DNA of 64,000 nucleotides from Eledone cirrhosa (taxonomy: Eukaryota): NCBI GenBank assembly GCA_964016885.1, contig OZ024758.1:10416001-10480000 (forward strand), read 5' to 3'. Positions 58,430 through 64,000 of this stretch are shown here, piece after piece. The notes under the pieces were generated by a model. It saw only the letters and a program-made list of their open reading frames with translations. It had not been told where the DNA came from and searched no databases. The translations under genes were made by a program, and so were the position numbers. Position 1 is the stretch's first letter, and every line of letters starts with the position of its first letter.

Positions 58430-61102
58430 ATGCAATGCTTTCGGAGCAAATTTTCTCACTGGGGTGTTAGCTTTAAAAAACGCCTTAAAAAAAAAACATC
58501 TTCCACTCTTGTATATATATATATATGTATATATGTTGAGGATTCATGCTTGGATAGTTCGATTAGGTGTTGTTTCTTACCACAGGTCCTCATTTACGGA
58601 ATTAGTATTGATATCGTGCATACCATTGAAATCTTTTTACACAAGCATAAGTTTATATAAGCGTGTTGTATAATGTATAAGCTTGAATTTTATGTACACT
58701 AGAACATATGGACTTGTTCATAAACCAAACCATTAAATTATGTAATAAAATAAACTTTGCCTCCCACCACTCCTCGCTGTTGTTATATTTCAAAATTGGT
58801 AATATAAACCACACTTAATGACTTATAGATAGGGTTTCTCTTTTTTTTAAAAGTTTTTATTAGATTTAATTTTATTTAATTTTACTTGCATGACACTGAA
58901 TAGAAACTGCTAGAATGCTCCGTAACCCTTAATAAGTCGCTAATTGACGATCGAAAGTACAAAATTCTCTATAAAAATAAATTAGTTCATTATCTATTTA
59001 ATTTGAATAGTTATTGTTCATAAATCTTAACGTGGGCTGTTAATAACACATTTCTGATTTCAAACTTCAAGTGCAAACATTTAGGAAAATTAGATTTTAT
59101 TTTTAGAGCATTTTAATTGATATAAATTAATTAGCAATATTTCTTTGTCAGCTATTTCAAATGGAAATACATTTACTTTACGTAAAGCATCACTGTAGGG
59201 TGCAAATACGTAGTTTCAGTTTCAATTCTTCAGAACAGCTCCCACATTTGTGTCGGGGTTGTTGTTGTGCTGTGCACAAATTTTCTAAACTGAGTCCAGA
59301 GAAAAACTACTTGCCCGATTGATATTCTATGCGAAAACACTTGTATCCTCGAGTTTTCCTTGACCCTCATAACTTTATTTGTGCCTCATCTTCTTCCCCC
59401 TCTCCTCGCCTCCCCTTTTCTTGTTCTAGCTGTTGTTGTTCTTCTTCTTCACAGTAGGAGTGAACCCGAATCCACGTGGCTGCAAAGTGAACTCCTTAAC
59501 TCCATGGCTATGCCTACGTTTTTCTTTTTATTGTGTTTGATTTTTAGGAAATGGTTAAAAGTTAATGTTTTAGAAGATGTTTGCAGCTGATCTGGTCCAT
59601 CAGAGTCTTCCTACCTGAAGGATGTTCTCAGTTTTAGATATAGAAAGAATTGGACGAGAGGAAGAAAGAGATAGAGGTATATATACAGAGAGAACTGTTG
59701 TTTCAACATCAAACTGTTATTGTTTTTTCCATGCCTGGAATATTCCTCGACAGTCCACGTCTGTTATCACCATGGTTCAACAACCAAGTTGTATCACAAC
59801 TGCCGCCACCAACCACCCTTTCATCACCACCGCCACCATCTACAACCATTTCACTACCAACGCAATTATTACCAGATTCAACAAGAGCATCGTAAAAAAA
59901 AATAAAAACCCAGCAATTTACAGAACCACATAAACAACAATATACATCATCATCAACAACAACAACAACAACAACAATAAAAACAATAAACAACAAAAAA
60001 GACAATAAGCATCTATAGCACGATCCTGTTTCCTGCAGTCACTCGACACCAATAATGATTCCCAAAAGAGACACTAGCTGTATCCCAATACCGTATAGAC
60101 AATACTTATTAGAAACTCACCCCTGACGCCAGCCCTGGCGCCGATCTGCCCGGAGTTGGTACGCCATACTGAAAAATTAAAACAAAAAATTATAATGAAA
60201 AATAAAAAGATAGAAGCGAAAGTACTCCACCGAAACAACTAATGAAGAAGTGAAGTTATCTAGAGAAGGCTGAAACCAGTCAATTTGACAACGAAACAAA
60301 TGTGTATTTGGTTAATTTCGGCTAAAAATTTGCGCAATTCATGCACTGAGTAACGTCTGAAGACTCTCATGGTTCAGCAATACTGAAAGGTTATCCGAGA
60401 GTTTCTGGCTGTTAATGGTTTTATTCTACAGTAGTTACCTTAGAAATCTAGCAATTAAAATATAGAAAGCCAAAAAGCCAACCAGGAGAATCTATGTAGT
60501 TACTCGATCTAACAAAAAAAAAAAAAAAAATTTGCCTAAAAAAATTTGCCTAAAAGAATTTGCCTAAAAAAAATTGGCCTAAAAACCTGTCCTAAAAACC
60601 TGTCCTAAAAGCCTGTCTTAAAAACCTGTCCTAAAAGCCTGTCTTAAAAACGGACAGGTTGGACATTTCAATCCTTGTCATTCTGCATATGGATGGTTAT
60701 AGCTAGAAAAAGAGAGAGGGGGGGGGGAGAACGAAAATGTGCTTTAAGATACACCCCTTTTATCATACAAAGTTACAGGTTCAACATTGCAAATCCGACT
60801 TCATTTTACCTGAAGAAAGATGGGATGGTCATTGTTGTATGGACTGTGAATCGAACTCACAACCTCATTGTTGTATGGACTGTTAAATTCGATTTGTTCA
60901 ATTTACACGTGCTCACACATTTGCATATGAATCACGTGACCTGGGCATTTGGATTTAGCAATTAAACAATATAAAGCCAACGAAAAATCTGTATGGGGTT
61001 AATGGTTCTGTAAATAGTGAGACTTGTAATGAGGCTCACTATTTTGGCTTAATAAAATGACTATTGAGCACTCTTTACTCTCAGCTCTCAACCACATACA
61101 TA

Positions 61103-61146
<44 letters not shown>

Positions 61147-62011
61147 CATACACGCACACACACAGGGTGTCCCAAAAAATATATACACTTTGATTACCTG
61201 TATAGGCAATATTTATTAGAATGCTGTTGATGTGTGTATACATTTTTGGGGGGATATATATATTTATATATTGAGTATTCCTGTTTCGGACTGAACATCC
61301 TGTCGCCATGTACTCTAAACTTAGGTATATTTTAATACCGTTATTATACCTAGGTTAGTTATCAGTAAGTACATAATATTTTCGAAGGCAAATTAGCAAT
61401 CTGGTTTTCACATCTGCTGTACGTCAGAATGATCTCTCTCTCTCTCCCTCTCTCTCTCTCGCTCTCTCACTCTCTCTCTCTGTGTATGTATGTGAAGAAC
61501 GACATCTGGTGAGTGCCTCTGAACTGAACCACACCAAAATAAGTGAATCTCAGACCGATTTACCGTTTTGGACATATTGGTTGTTAATTTAGGCAAAAGG
61601 CCAGCAATTTTGTCTTTCATCCTTTCATGGTCGATAAATAAACTACCTGTCCAGTACTGGGTTGGTTTATTCTCTCTCTTTCTCTCTTTCTCTGTTTTGA
61701 TCACATTGATAGTAAACAGTTAACCTTTCAAATTCCCACTTTGTATTTTTGTTTCATCCTATATAATTGCATTTTGGGGATAGGTTATTGTTTGGGAGAG
61801 GTGGGGAGACTCGCAAGATAAAGAAGTGAATTCTGTTACTAGTTAAGTCGATGTTTCGTAGTTCTTTTGTATAAGGTTTACAATTAAAATCTACCATATG
61901 ATGTCCTGGGTGTCCCTCGTTCTTTCCACCTATGTATCTCTGTATATCTATGATGATAGTGCCCCAGCATGGCCACAGTACAAACATTGAAACCAGTAAA
62001 GGCGTAAAAGG

Positions 62012-62049
<38 letters not shown>

Positions 62050-64000
62050 GAACACACACAGAGTTTCTCACACTTTTTTTTTCTTTGATAAAAATTTGCT
62101 CGCGCTTTTCTTCCGCTTTTCTGTACTTCTCGCTCAACCTTTCTGTTCTTCTCCCTCGACCTTTCTGTTCTTCTCCCCTCTCCTGCTTTCCTTCAAAGCC
62201 TCTGTCAAATGAACAGCTGGTACCATTCAGTAGCTCTTGAAATGACAGCAGTTGGTCAGATGAAATGAAATGAAAATTGAAATTCACAGCTCACACCTAT
62301 ACAGGTTTAAATGACCTCCAACGAAGTTTCAATTCATAGAAGGTTTCTCGAGTGTTTAAATGACGAGGCCTTCAGTTCTATCACGAAAAACAAAGTGAAA
62401 TTAATCGTTTTGTTCTTAAGAACATAACGCATAGCCCGATCCAGGAATCGAACCCACGACATTATTATGAGTCCAACACCTTAAACCTCTAAGCCACGTG
62501 CCTTCGCAACACGTGTTTTACTATTTCATCACCAAAACTCTTTGTATATCGTTATGACAGGGTTGTTTTGCCAAATATAATACTATAAACTCAGTTGATT
62601 CTTACAAAATGTCACCGTCGTCTCTAAAACTAATAATTCTAAATCTGCTGAACTGAGTGAGATTCTTTTAAGATTATAAAATAATCGGTGTAAGAAGGCA
62701 ACTGATGATAAGTAATAATTCTGAAATACATGTATACAACCCTCTTACATAATACTGAGGTAGCTGTGATATTATCTCAGCTTAAAATTCTCGCAACGAG
62801 CGTTCTAATTCTGTCCACATTTTTGTAACTACGACAGGCAAAAGGATTAAGCTACCTGTTTCCTCGTCCGAAAAACAGACATTCTCTGGAAAACCACAAC
62901 ACTTGATCGTAATCTGATACAATTTAGGCAATTCATAGATATACGAGAACAGAATTGATAAACTTTAACATATAATTTGAATATTTAAGAGTTGTACATC
63001 ATTTAAAAACGTTTTAATTGCTTTTATTTTCCCCTCAGGATAAAGTATTGACTTTCATCTGAAGACTACCGAACTGCTTATATAGTTCTTTCTGGATTAG
63101 GTAGATATTGATGTAAGGATTTCTTGATAATTCTAGTGTAAATATATTGGCTTAAAATTGTATATCAAAACTAGGAACCTAAGACAGTTTGCCGCAAACA
63201 TTCCGCTTAAAATATTCTATATACGCCAAGTCCAATCGAGATTTTAAGAATGAAAATATAGTGTTACTTCATAGTAAACATGGTTAAGTGGAAACCTTGA
63301 ACTGGTGTTCTAGTAATATTCATAATTGAGGAAGAGAGTGGTATTAAAATATTCGTATATTTGGAATTTGGTTTAATGGACAAGAATTCTAGACTCTATT
63401 CTCGATTGTCATCTTGAATTCTCTTTGAAATACAGATTAACAGACAGTTTCGAAATTGCCAAGTTAAGACAACCAGTATTTCTTTTGCTTTAGCCTATCA
63501 CATAAAAACTATTTCTAGACAGTATCTGTAGAAATATAATGGCTTGTTTTAGTATCCATCAGTAACAAATATGTTTAACTTATGACTACTTTAATATATT
63601 AGCTATTTAAGAAAAGTACTGGTTGCTATCATATCCTTTTACCTCGAATGACAAATAGCATTATTAAAACTCGTTGGCAATGTAACGATTTCCACATCCG
63701 GTTTCAAATGTTCACTATAGGTTGATGTACCTAAATATTTAGAGTTTCGCCAGAACAAAATAGGCAGATACACACACTTAGAGTCGTAAAAAAAAAAAAA
63801 CTGTGCCGGATTAACCTAGTAGCAAATTAACATTTGCTACAGACCCCACATTTTCTGGACTCCTCCGATGAGTACTTTATACTATAGTACTATATTGCCC
63901 TTAAACTTTGAATCACATTTAAAAAAAAAAACTAGGCCCCTAATCCAGCTCTGTCAAAGAGTAATAACGAAACCTTTGTATTAATTCCATCACAAATTCA

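Noticed and set aside
61754-62287. 177-aa ORF
   Set aside because: Contains a (GA)n tract and SINE-like pieces; no domain signal

Overview
AT-rich, microsatellite-saturated animal genomic DNA. The repeat landscape most resembles an octopus/cephalopod genome (inference). Almost all ORFs in the track are translations of (TA)n, (CA)n, (TAG)n or (GA)n repeats. The one convincing host coding piece is a minus-strand first coding exon (51136-50425) of a Prrx-like paired-class homeobox gene. It has an eh1 motif [10 protein letters not shown], poly-A/H/Q tracts and a phase-1 GTAAGT donor. I found no homeobox exon, so 1-50424 is probably one giant intron. The window holds many tRNA-derived SINE copies, two RTE-type LINE 3' ends, a CRE-like restriction-like-endonuclease fragment, putative RTE-UTR-derived elements and a 45-bp array built from a SINE head. 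The main hidden signal is about 20 hammerhead ribozyme (HHR) motifs from at least 10 unrelated sequence families. Most sit in short Penelope-like pLTR relics at (TA)n tracts, often as fold-back palindromes with a one-sided tail. They include a U3-A8 compensatory-core family, several U10.1-U11.1 variants and dimer-type minimal forms. Solo intact copies lie mostly antisense to the homeobox gene. All folds were assigned by eye and none has been tested for activity.
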